Assembly (NCBI GenBank): GCA_964603525.1
Contig: CAZRVI010000001.1
Location: 749-64,748, forward strand
Length of the DNA: 64,000 bases
Direction: 5' to 3'
DNA from: Candidatus Woesearchaeota archaeon
Lineage (GTDB): Archaea > Nanobdellota > Nanobdellia > SCGC-AAA011-G17 > JACPIM01
A program made the position numbers and the translations under genes. The first letter of the stretch is position 1. Every line of letters starts with the position of its first letter. The notes under the pieces were generated by a model. The model was not told the origin of the DNA and did not search any database. It worked only from the letters and a program-made list of their open reading frames with translations. Shown piece after piece: positions 1 through 8,690 of the stretch.

Positions 1-789
1 TATACATGTTATGTTTGGGTAGATGCATTTTGGAATTATCTTACAGGATTAAAAAATAAAAAAGTTTTTGATAAATTTTGGCCACCAGACATACAATTAA
101 TGGCAAAAGATATTTTTAGAGTTCATGCAACAATATGGCCTGCTTTACTCTTAGCTACGAAAAACAAACTTCCTAAAATTCTTTTTATCCATGGTTATTT
201 TACTGTAAACGGAAAGAAAATGAGTAAAAGTTTAGGTAATGCTATAAGCCCCATTTATTTGGTTAAGAAATATGGTACGGATGCTGTAAGATATTATTTA
301 ACTAGGCATATTCCTTTTGGTGAAGATGGAGATTTTTCTGAAGAGGTATTAAGAAAAAGGATTAATGGGGAATTAGTAAATGATTTAGGAAATTTGGTTA
401 GTAGAATTTTAAGTCTTGCTGTTAAATATAAAGGAGAGATTAAAGGTAAACCTGAATTAAAATTGAACTTAAAAAAGATTAATGAACTAATGGAAAAGCT
501 TGAGTTACATAATGCTTTAAATGAGATTTGGAGTTTTATTAAGAAAGTTAATAAGTATATAAATAAAAAAGAACCTTGGAAATTAAAAGATAAGGAATTA
601 GGTAATGTTTTGTATAATTTATTAGAGAGCTTAAGGATAATTAGTATATTAATAAGTCCTTTTATGCCAGAAACTTCTAAAAAAATAAATGGGCAATTAG
701 GAATTAAAAAAGGATTGTTAAAAGATTGTGTGTTTAAAAAATTCAAGGGTAAAATTAAAAAAGGAGGGCATTTATTTGAAAGAATATGA
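1..789 (+). CDS. metG: Methionyl-tRNA synthetase, catalytic/anticodon-binding part (5'-truncated by window)
   Basis: Frame open from base 1 (YVWVDA...), KDIFRVH, HGYF, KMSKS class I motif, ELVNDLGNLVSR. Confidence 0.93.
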   Translation, partial: YTCYVWVDAFWNYLTGLKNKKVFDKFWPPDIQLMAKDIFRVHATIWPALLLATKNKLPKILFIHGYFTVNGKKMSKSLGNAISPIYLVKKYGTDAVRYYLTRHIPFGEDGDFSEEVLRKRINGELVNDLGNLVSRILSLAVKYKGEIKGKPELKLNLKKINELMEKLELHNALNEIWSFIKKVNKYINKKEPWKLKDKELGNVLYNLLESLRIISILISPFMPETSKKINGQLGIKKGLLKDCVFKKFKGKIKKGGHLFERI

Positions 790-1127
790 AAGATTGTGAT
801 TATATTGGATTTGAAGAATTTAAAAAATTGGATATAAGAATTGGTACTATTAAGGCTGTTAAAGATCACCCAAAAGCAGATAAATTATATATTATTCTGG
901 TTGATTTTGAGAAAGAAGAAAGTGATAGACAAATAATAGCAGGTATTAGAGATTGGTATTCTAAAGAGGAACTGATAGGTAAAAAAATAATTGTATTATT
1001 GAATCTTGAACCAAAAGTTATTAGAGGAATTGAAAGTACAGGTATGCTTTTAGCTGCTGAGAAAAATGGTGAATTGGCATTATTGACTGTTGATAAGGAT
1101 ATTGGAAATGGGGCTAAGGTAAGATAA
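786..1127 (+). CDS. Stand-alone tRNA-binding OB-fold protein (MetRS C-terminal/Trbp111-like)
   Basis: FKKLDIRIGTI...HPKADKLY...RQIIAGI...NLEPKVIRGIESTGMLLAA; ATGA overlap with metG. Confidence 0.9.
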   Translation: MKDCDYIGFEEFKKLDIRIGTIKAVKDHPKADKLYIILVDFEKEESDRQIIAGIRDWYSKEELIGKKIIVLLNLEPKVIRGIESTGMLLAAEKNGELALLTVDKDIGNGAKVR

Positions 1128-1190
1128 GATAAGTAAGTTAATATTCTAGAATATAAATTAATTTAAATAAAGAGATTTTTTGAGGTAAAT

Positions 1191-2141
1191 ATGGAAATCT
1201 GGTGTGAAAAATATAGACCAAAAACTTTTAAGGAGTTTATAGGGCAGGAAAGAATAGTAGAAAGAGTAAAGGCTTTTGTTAAGGCTAAAAATATCCCCCA
1301 TATGTTATTTGCAGGACCAGCAGGTTGCGGTAAAACTTGTTTGGCTATAATAACTGCTAAAGAAATGTTTGGTAAAAATTGGAAAGAAAATTTTTTGGAG
1401 TTAAATGCAAGTGATTCAAGAGGAATAGATATAATCAGAGGGGAAGTAAAAAATTTTGCAAGAACTAAATCAATAAATACAGATTTACCTAAGATTATAT
1501 ATTTAGATGAATGTGATGCATTAACTAAGGATGCACAACAGGCTTTAAGAAGAACTATGGAAGTTTATAGTAAAACTGCTAGATTTGTTTTATCATGCAA
1601 TTATTCTTCAAAATTAATTGATCCTATATTATCAAGATGTGCTGTTTTTAGATTTAAACCTTTAGAAGAAAAAGATATTAAAGAAAAAATAAATTATATT
1701 GCAAAAGAAGAAGGATTAAAGCTTGGCAAAAATATTGTAGAAGCGCTTTTTAATCTTTGTGAAGGTGATTTGAGAAGAGCTGAAAATATCCTGCAAGGAT
1801 GTGCTGCTATTAGTAAGGAAATTGATGAAAAATTAATTTATGAAGTAGTAAGTGCTGCAAGACCTAAAGAAATTAAAAATGTTTTGATAAATGCACTAGA
1901 TGGAAGTTTTATAGAATCTAGGGATTTATTATTAGATACAATGATAAAACATAGTTTAAGTGGGGTTGATGTAATAAAACAAATACAAAAGGAAGTTTGG
2001 AATTTAGAAATTGATGATAATATTAAAATGAAAATAATTGAAAAATGTGGTGACATAGAATTTAGAATTAATGAGGGTTCTGATGAATTTATACAACTTC
2101 AGGCCTTCTTAGCAACGATATCTTTATTGAAGAATAAGTGA
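1191..2141 (+). CDS. rfcS: Replication factor C small subunit
   Basis: WCEKYRP, GPAGCGKT, ELNASDSRG, LDECD, SRC motifs. Confidence 0.96.
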   Translation: MEIWCEKYRPKTFKEFIGQERIVERVKAFVKAKNIPHMLFAGPAGCGKTCLAIITAKEMFGKNWKENFLELNASDSRGIDIIRGEVKNFARTKSINTDLPKIIYLDECDALTKDAQQALRRTMEVYSKTARFVLSCNYSSKLIDPILSRCAVFRFKPLEEKDIKEKINYIAKEEGLKLGKNIVEALFNLCEGDLRRAENILQGCAAISKEIDEKLIYEVVSAARPKEIKNVLINALDGSFIESRDLLLDTMIKHSLSGVDVIKQIQKEVWNLEIDDNIKMKIIEKCGDIEFRINEGSDEFIQLQAFLATISLLKNK

Positions 2142-2185
2142 TAATTAATAGTTTTATAATAAAGGGCAAATTAAAAGAGGCATAA

Positions 2186-3289
2186 ATGCATTGGGTAGAA
2201 AAATATAAACCTAGAAGTTTGAAAGAGGTTAAAATAGATTCTAACAAATTAGCATTATTAAAAAAATTAATCTTGGATAAAAAACCTGTTATGATTTATG
2301 GGAATACTGGTGTGGGTAAAACCTGCTGTATTTATGCATTGGCTAATGAATTAAATTATGAGGTTATTGAAGTTAGTGCTAGTGATTTAAGGAATAAAGA
2401 AAATATAAATTCTATTATAGGACAGGCCTCTACACAAGAGAGCTTATTTAAATCTGGAAAAATTTTGTTAATTGACGAGGTTGATGCTTTAACAAAAATA
2501 GACAGGGGGGGAGCTGTTACAATATTAAAAATAATAAGTGGGTCTAAATTTTCTGTTGTATTAACTGCGAATGATGCTTACCATTCCAATCTGGGGTCTA
2601 TTAGAAGGAAATGTAAATTAATTGAATTTGATGATGTAAGGATTTATGACATTTTGGATATATTAAAAAAAATTTTGAGAAAAGAAGAGGTAAAGTATAC
2701 TGATGGGTTGCTAATGGAAATAGCTAAACAAAGCAAAGGAGATGTAAGAGCTGCAATAAGTGACTTACAAGTAAATGCTTTAGGTAATAAAAAAATTGGA
2801 GAGTTATATTTGGGAGGAAGGGAAAGAAAAGAGGATATTTTTAAAATCTTAAGAGAAATTTTTAAGAAAAAAAATGTTGCTGGTATTGCTGATAAATTAA
2901 ACATTGATTATGATGAATTAATATTATGGTTAGAGGAAAACTTACCTAAAGAATATTTTGGGAAAGCATTAGTTAAGGGATTTGGTGTATTAAGTAAAGC
3001 AGATATTTTTAGAGAAAGGATAAAAAGACAACAATATTGGAGATATTTGGTTTATATTAGAGATCTAATAACTGCTGGTATAGCTGTATCCAAAGAGAAT
3101 ATTAGTGACAGGTTTGTTAGTTATAAAAGGAATAGACGGATTTTAAAATATTGGATTGCTAAACAAAAGAATTTAAAGAAAAAAGAAATTGCTAGTAAAT
3201 TAGCAAAAAGATTACATACTTCAAATAAAAAGATTCTTAAAGATTTTTATTTTTATGAGAAAATTAATTCAAAATTTCAGGTTTTTTAA
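2186..3289 (+). CDS. rfcL: Replication factor C large subunit
   Basis: WVEKYKP, GNTGVGKT, SASDLRN, IDEVD, GDVRAAI; follows rfcS. Confidence 0.92.
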   Translation: MHWVEKYKPRSLKEVKIDSNKLALLKKLILDKKPVMIYGNTGVGKTCCIYALANELNYEVIEVSASDLRNKENINSIIGQASTQESLFKSGKILLIDEVDALTKIDRGGAVTILKIISGSKFSVVLTANDAYHSNLGSIRRKCKLIEFDDVRIYDILDILKKILRKEEVKYTDGLLMEIAKQSKGDVRAAISDLQVNALGNKKIGELYLGGRERKEDIFKILREIFKKKNVAGIADKLNIDYDELILWLEENLPKEYFGKALVKGFGVLSKADIFRERIKRQQYWRYLVYIRDLITAGIAVSKENISDRFVSYKRNRRILKYWIAKQKNLKKKEIASKLAKRLHTSNKKILKDFYFYEKINSKFQVF

Positions 3290-3553
3290 TTTTTCTATAG
3301 TTTTTCTAAATGCTTGTATTTGTTTTTCTGATAATTTTCCATATCTCAGATAATAAAGCTTTATATTTCTTAAAAATATATTTTGTTTATAGAATTTTTC
3401 GGGGATATCAAAGAATTTTTTCATTTTTTTATCTTTTATTTTTTGATGAAGCTCTTTCTTTTGACATTTATAACATAGAGGATATTTTTGTTTCCAAGAA
3501 ACAACAACATAATTTTCTTTACATTTCATACATCTTTGTTTATATTTAGCCAT
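3269..3553 (-). CDS. Hypothetical small basic protein with CxxC...CxxC
   Basis: CMKC and CYKC pairs; directly downstream of htpX. Confidence 0.65.
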   Translation of the reverse strand: MAKYKQRCMKCKENYVVVSWKQKYPLCYKCQKKELHQKIKDKKMKKFFDIPEKFYKQNIFLRNIKLYYLRYGKLSEKQIQAFRKTIEKLKNLKF

Positions 3554-3554
3554 T

Positions 3555-4400
3555 TTAGAATTTCAGTTTATTTAATCTAGAAATCCTGTCTCTTACTGTT
3601 GGATGGGTAGAAAAAAGAGTAAGTAAAGTTTTTCCTGAAAATGGATTGACAATCATCATGTGACTTGTAATTTCTGTTTGAGAAGTTTTCTTTAGTGGCA
3701 TAATTCTTGCTGCTGATTCTAGTTTTAATAATGCATTTGCTAGTGGTGAAGATTTTCTAATAAATCTTGCTCCGGATTCATCTGCAAGATATTCTCTACT
3801 ACGGGAGATTGCTAATCTTATAATTAAAGCAATTATGGGTGCTAAGATTGCTAAAAATAGTAATTCTAAACCAGAATTTCTTTCTGATCTCCCTCCACCG
3901 AAAATAGCTGCAAATCTTGCCATCATTGCTACATAAGAAATTATACCTGCAATTGTTGCTGCTACTGTTGCTATTAGAATATCTTTGTTTTTAATATGAG
4001 CTATTTCGTGTGCAAGAACGCCTTTTAATTCTTCTTTTGTTAATAATTTTAAAATTCCTTGAGTAACTGCTACTGCAGCATGTTTAGAATTTCTTCCAGT
4101 AGCCAAAGCATTTGGATGTTGGGTTGGAATTATATAAACTTTTGGTTTTGGAATCTTTGCTTTTTTACATATATCCTCAATTATATTATGTAACTCTGGA
4201 GCTTGAGATTTTGAAACTTCTTTAGCTCTGTAGATTGTTAGGATAATTTTATCTGAATAAAAGTAAGTAAAAAAATTCATTAATATTACAAAAATTAAAG
4301 CAATAGTTAATCCTGTATAAGACCAAAATGAACCTATTAGAAGTAATAAAGCTGTTAATATACCCAATAATAATACAGTTTTAATTTGATTTAAAATCAT
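3555..4400 (-). CDS. htpX: Zinc metalloprotease HtpX (M48)
   Basis: PNALATGR, VLAHEIAH, SRSREYLAD, FSTHP; TM segments. Confidence 0.95.
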   Translation of the reverse strand: MILNQIKTVLLLGILTALLLLIGSFWSYTGLTIALIFVILMNFFTYFYSDKIILTIYRAKEVSKSQAPELHNIIEDICKKAKIPKPKVYIIPTQHPNALATGRNSKHAAVAVTQGILKLLTKEELKGVLAHEIAHIKNKDILIATVAATIAGIISYVAMMARFAAIFGGGRSERNSGLELLFLAILAPIIALIIRLAISRSREYLADESGARFIRKSSPLANALLKLESAARIMPLKKTSQTEITSHMMIVNPFSGKTLLTLFSTHPTVRDRISRLNKLKF

Positions 4401-4444
4401 GAGCTGTAGTAAAATTTATATTCTTTAAAAAGTTTTTGATTTGT

Positions 4445-6193
4445 ATGCCTTATGATATTATAATTGGAAGGGATGAAGAAGACAGAAAAAAATTTGGTGA
4501 AAGAGGTGCAGTTTTTATTGGTAGAAGTTATGTTAAAATGGGGCAAGTTACTAGTTTAGCTAATAATGTTTTTTTAGATATGGTAAGACCACATGTTATT
4601 TTATTATCTGGGAAGAGAGGTTGTTTAACAGGAGATACTTTAATTTTAACAGATAAAGGCTACAAACAAATAAAAAAATTTAATGAAAAGGAGGATAAAG
4701 TTTTATCATTTAATAAGGCATCAAAGAAATTTGAATGGGAAACTGCAAAATTTCTTGAATACCCAATTTATAATGAAAGTTTATTAAAAATAAAGTTTGA
4801 AAATGATAAAGAAATAAAACTTACAAAAGAACATCCTTTATTGGCTGTTACAGGTGAGAAATTATTGTCTTTACTATGGTTAGAAGCAAATAAATTAAAA
4901 GTAGGGGATAGTATTCTTTCAATTGGAAAATCACTTGAAGATTTAATACCTCTTAAAATAAAAGAAGTATTAGAAATAAGAGGAATAAAAAAGGTTTATG
5001 ATTTAAGAGTTTCTAAGAATAACTCATTTATAGCAAATGGAATAATATCACATAATTCTGGAAAAAGTTACTCAATTTCTGTTATTGCTGAAAGTATTGC
5101 AGAACTACCAAAAGAGATTTCCGAGAATTTATCAGTAATAATTTTTGACACAATGGGAATTTTTTGGACTATGAAATTTCCTAACAAAAGACAAGAAAAA
5201 TTATTAAATAAATGGAATCTTGGGTCAAAAGGATTTGATGTTAGCATATTTACTCCTTCTGGTTTTTATGAGCTATATAAAAGCAAAGGAATTCCTACAG
5301 ATTATAAATTTGAGATTAAAACTTCTGAATTAAGTTCTGGGGATTGGTGTGATGTTTTAAATGTTAATATAATAGAACCTGTTGGTTTATTAATTTCTAG
5401 AGCAGTTGAGAAATTAAAAGGTAATTATTCTATACAAGATATTATAGAAGAGATTAAAAAAGATAAAAAATCTGAACAGAAGGTGAAAGATGCAGCAGAA
5501 AGTATGTTTTTAACTGTTAATAAATGGGGTTTGTTTAGCAAGAAAGGGACAGAGATTAAGGATCTAATAAAACCAAGCAAGGTTTCCATAATAGATGTTA
5601 GTTGTTATACAGAAGTTGGTGGTGGATGGAGTATTAAAGCACTTGTTATAGGATTAATATGTAGAAAACTATTAAGAGAAAGAATTAGTGTTAGAAAGAT
5701 GGAGGAATATAATGAGATAAGATATGGTACTAAATTAACAGGTGATAAAAGAAAAAAGGAGTTACCACAAGTTTGGATTTGTATTGACGAGGCTCATAAA
5801 GTGCTTTCTAAATATGAAAAAACACCAGCTACATATGACTTAATAAGATTATTAAGAGAGGGAAGACAGCCAGGGATTTCATTAGTTTTGGCTACACAAC
5901 AACCAGGTGTTGTACATAATGATGTTTTGACACAAAGTGATATTGTTATTAGCCACAGAGTTACTGCTAAACCAGATATTGATGCCTTGAATAGTATAAT
6001 GCAGACATATTTAATTAAAGATTTGCAGACATACCTCAACAATTTACCAAAACTAAAAGGTTCTGCAATAATATTGGATGATAATTCTGAAAGAATTTAT
6101 CCTATGAGAGTTAGACCAAAGAAAAGTTGGCATGGTGGTGAGGCTCCAAGTGCTATTAAGATAAGTAAAAAGGAAGAGATTGAAAAGCTATAA
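4445..6193 (+). CDS. HerA/DUF87-like P-loop ATPase containing a mini-intein
   Basis: Walker A GKRG|SGKSY split by an intein; IFDTMG, CIDEAH, LREGRQPG, LATQQP. Confidence 0.88.
   Translation: MPYDIIIGRDEEDRKKFGERGAVFIGRSYVKMGQVTSLANNVFLDMVRPHVILLSGKRGCLTGDTLILTDKGYKQIKKFNEKEDKVLSFNKASKKFEWETAKFLEYPIYNESLLKIKFENDKEIKLTKEHPLLAVTGEKLLSLLWLEANKLKVGDSILSIGKSLEDLIPLKIKEVLEIRGIKKVYDLRVSKNNSFIANGIISHNSGKSYSISVIAESIAELPKEISENLSVIIFDTMGIFWTMKFPNKRQEKLLNKWNLGSKGFDVSIFTPSGFYELYKSKGIPTDYKFEIKTSELSSGDWCDVLNVNIIEPVGLLISRAVEKLKGNYSIQDIIEEIKKDKKSEQKVKDAAESMFLTVNKWGLFSKKGTEIKDLIKPSKVSIIDVSCYTEVGGGWSIKALVIGLICRKLLRERISVRKMEEYNEIRYGTKLTGDKRKKELPQVWICIDEAHKVLSKYEKTPATYDLIRLLREGRQPGISLVLATQQPGVVHNDVLTQSDIVISHRVTAKPDIDALNSIMQTYLIKDLQTYLNNLPKLKGSAIILDDNSERIYPMRVRPKKSWHGGEAPSAIKISKKEEIEKL
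4622..5056 (+). mobile_element. Mini-intein (145 aa, no endonuclease domain)
   Basis: Starts CLTGDTLIL, has block B LTKEHPL and block F VYDLRV, ends ANGIISHN followed by Ser. Confidence 0.93.
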
Positions 6194-6937
6194 CTTAATA
6201 TCTATACAAATTCTATAAACTCCTGGAGAATAAGCACCACACTTTGTTATATTTTTGATTTGAAATTTTTTGATATGTTTTTTAATTATATTTTTGATAT
6301 GTTTTTTATTTATTTCCTCTTTTTTAAGAAAAATATAGAGATGGATAATACCATTTTTTTTAATTTTCTTTTTAATTATATCAAGATATAGTTTAGAAGA
6401 TTTTGGTAAAGGCATGATTATTCTGTCAAATTTTTTTCTAATTTTTGGAAGTATTTTCTTAACATCACCTTTAATGTTTTTGATATTAATTAATTTGTTT
6501 AGTTTTACATTTTCTTCTGCATACTTATGAGCTATAGGGTTAATTTCTATTCCATAAATTTCTTTTGCTTTTGTATTCTTAGCAATTGTCAAGCCATAAG
6601 GTTGAACACCTGAAAAAGCAACTAAAATAGATTCTCCTTTTTTAATTTGTTTAAAGATTCTTTTTCTTTCTTCTGATAGTCTTTGAGAAAAATAACATTT
6701 TGAAACATCTAATTTTATTAGTACATTATTTTCTTTATGTATTGTTTCTGTTCTTTTTTCTCCTGCAAGATACTTTAATTTTCTTATTCTATATTTTCCA
6801 CTAAAAATTCCTGCTCTTTTATATATAGATTTGATATGTTTATGTTTCTTTAATAATATCTGGGCTTGTTTTTTTGTTCCTTTTTCATTTAAAATTGCTA
6901 TACTGCCAATAACATCATAAGAACTTATTTTATCCAT
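6188..6937 (-). CDS. Trm5/Taw2-family tRNA methyltransferase (short form)
   Basis: SSYDVIGSIA, TIHKENN, CYFSQRLSEER, IEINP, FDRIIMPLP. Confidence 0.85.
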   Translation of the reverse strand: MDKISSYDVIGSIAILNEKGTKKQAQILLKKHKHIKSIYKRAGIFSGKYRIRKLKYLAGEKRTETIHKENNVLIKLDVSKCYFSQRLSEERKRIFKQIKKGESILVAFSGVQPYGLTIAKNTKAKEIYGIEINPIAHKYAEENVKLNKLINIKNIKGDVKKILPKIRKKFDRIIMPLPKSSKLYLDIIKKKIKKNGIIHLYIFLKKEEINKKHIKNIIKKHIKKFQIKNITKCGAYSPGVYRICIDIKL

Positions 6938-7941
6938 TTTGTTAACCCTGTTTGGGATCTTATTTCTTTTGTTTTTTCTAGTTGCTCTAGTCTGCTATCT
7001 ATTCTTTCTTCTGAAAAATCATGTTTTTTAACAAGAATTTTTTTAATCATTTTTTTATCTGGTTCTTTCCATTTTAACTTATAATTTTTCATTATTGGCA
7101 TTGATTTATATACTGCATAAATTCTTTTCCAATTGAATTCTGCTTTTACTTTTTTAAATAAAGTATCAAAATTTTTGTATTGTTTGACTAGTCTTAAGGC
7201 TGTTTTTGGACCTATTCCTTTTATTCCTTCATTATAATCTGTTCCAACCAATATAGCTAAAGCAATTAACTGGTCTTGTTTTATTTTAAGATGTTTTAAT
7301 ACTTTTTTTAGCTCTATTAATTCTGGTGTGATTTTTATATAAGCCCCTGATGGAAGTTTTTTTCTTTGTGATAACGTTAGATTTGTTAATAATTTTGGTG
7401 CACCAAATAATAGACAATCAAAATCTGAAGACGCCGTAAAATCCACATGTTTTCTTTCGCACATAAATGCTATTTGCGCATCTGCTTCTGATGGTGCTTG
7501 AATTACTGGAATTCCTAATGCCTTAATTAAATCTTTTGCTTCATCAGACATTTTAAAAGACAATCTAGATGTTTGTTTTGCATATTTTGCCATTTCTTTT
7601 ATATCTTTTTTCTTTTTTGCTTGTTTTAATTTTTTTTCTGCTAATTGTTTTCTATGTTCCCTTTGTTCTTTTGTTTTTATCTTAAGAGAAGGGGGTTTTC
7701 CATCAAAACAAACTACTAATTTAACATTGTTTTTTAATAAACTTGTCAATCTATAAAACGAGCCTACTAAATGTGAAGTTATATTTCCTTTTTTGTCTTG
7801 TAATGGAGTTCCATCTGGTTGCCTAATTGATGCAATAAACTGATATAACATATTTGAAGCATCTACTGCTACTTTTTTGTTTATTAGCTGATCAAAAGAA
7901 ATTTCTTGTTTTGGTATAATTTTTGTTAAGTTAACACCCAT
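6925..7941 (-). CDS. fen: Flap endonuclease 1
   Basis: MGV, AVDA, QAPSEADAQ, SSDFDCLLFG, GTDYN.GIKGIGPK, C-terminal PIP box QTGLTKW. Confidence 0.96.
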   Translation of the reverse strand: MGVNLTKIIPKQEISFDQLINKKVAVDASNMLYQFIASIRQPDGTPLQDKKGNITSHLVGSFYRLTSLLKNNVKLVVCFDGKPPSLKIKTKEQREHRKQLAEKKLKQAKKKKDIKEMAKYAKQTSRLSFKMSDEAKDLIKALGIPVIQAPSEADAQIAFMCERKHVDFTASSDFDCLLFGAPKLLTNLTLSQRKKLPSGAYIKITPELIELKKVLKHLKIKQDQLIALAILVGTDYNEGIKGIGPKTALRLVKQYKNFDTLFKKVKAEFNWKRIYAVYKSMPIMKNYKLKWKEPDKKMIKKILVKKHDFSEERIDSRLEQLEKTKEIRSQTGLTKWIK

Positions 7942-7983
7942 AGAAATTATTTAATAAAGGATTATATATAAAGATTTTTAAGT

Positions 7984-8610
7984 TTAATTTTCTAACCTAT
8001 AAAATAAAGTGTTTCCTATTACATATACAGGTTCTTGACGTTTACTCCAAAAAGGTTTTACTTTAGAAGTATGATAATGTGTAGCTCCGTTAGTTGGATC
8101 TTTGGCTTGCCTTGATAAAACTAAACTAGCAATATAAAGACACTTTTGCCATACACTTGGTGCTTCAAATTTGCAGGGATTTTGTAATTTAGGAAGGTTA
8201 GGATCATTTTTATTAAAGCAAGAGTATTGAGAATGTTTTAGAATAACTTCTTTTAATGTTTTACCATACCAAGATTCTTTTCCTAGCCTGTTTAGCGCTG
8301 TATAAGCTACAGCAATTTTAAGTTCATCAGAGCCTCCTCTTGCTTCACCATAAATAAGTCTAGCTAATAAAACAACATCTGAATCTTCTGAAAAGTCTGG
8401 AGATCCTTGTTTTTTAATTAAGTTTTCAAGATTAGAAGGTGGTTTTAATTTTTCTTTTACTTCTTGTTTAGAGGGTTTATTTAAAAAAGGAGATTTTATT
8501 GGATAGTGTGAACTTCCCATATGTTTAATTCCAAAAAAAGAAGCTATGAATATAATAGCACCTATTAAGAGCTTATCCTTTAGATTTTGTTTCTTTTTAG
8601 TTCTACTCAT
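7984..8610 (-). CDS. Cell-wall hydrolase, SleB/Hydrolase_2 family, with N-terminal membrane anchor
   Basis: LLARLIYGEARG, AVAYTALNR, QYSCFN, DPTNGATHYH, IGNTLFY; hydrophobic LLIGAIIFIASFFGI. Confidence 0.88.
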   Translation of the reverse strand: MSRTKKKQNLKDKLLIGAIIFIASFFGIKHMGSSHYPIKSPFLNKPSKQEVKEKLKPPSNLENLIKKQGSPDFSEDSDVVLLARLIYGEARGGSDELKIAVAYTALNRLGKESWYGKTLKEVILKHSQYSCFNKNDPNLPKLQNPCKFEAPSVWQKCLYIASLVLSRQAKDPTNGATHYHTSKVKPFWSKRQEPVYVIGNTLFYRLEN

Positions 8611-8690
8611 TTTGTTTACTTTTTAGTAGTAATATCTATATATAAGCTTTTTGGTTAGTTTTAAATAGAATATTGAATAAAAAGGTTAAT

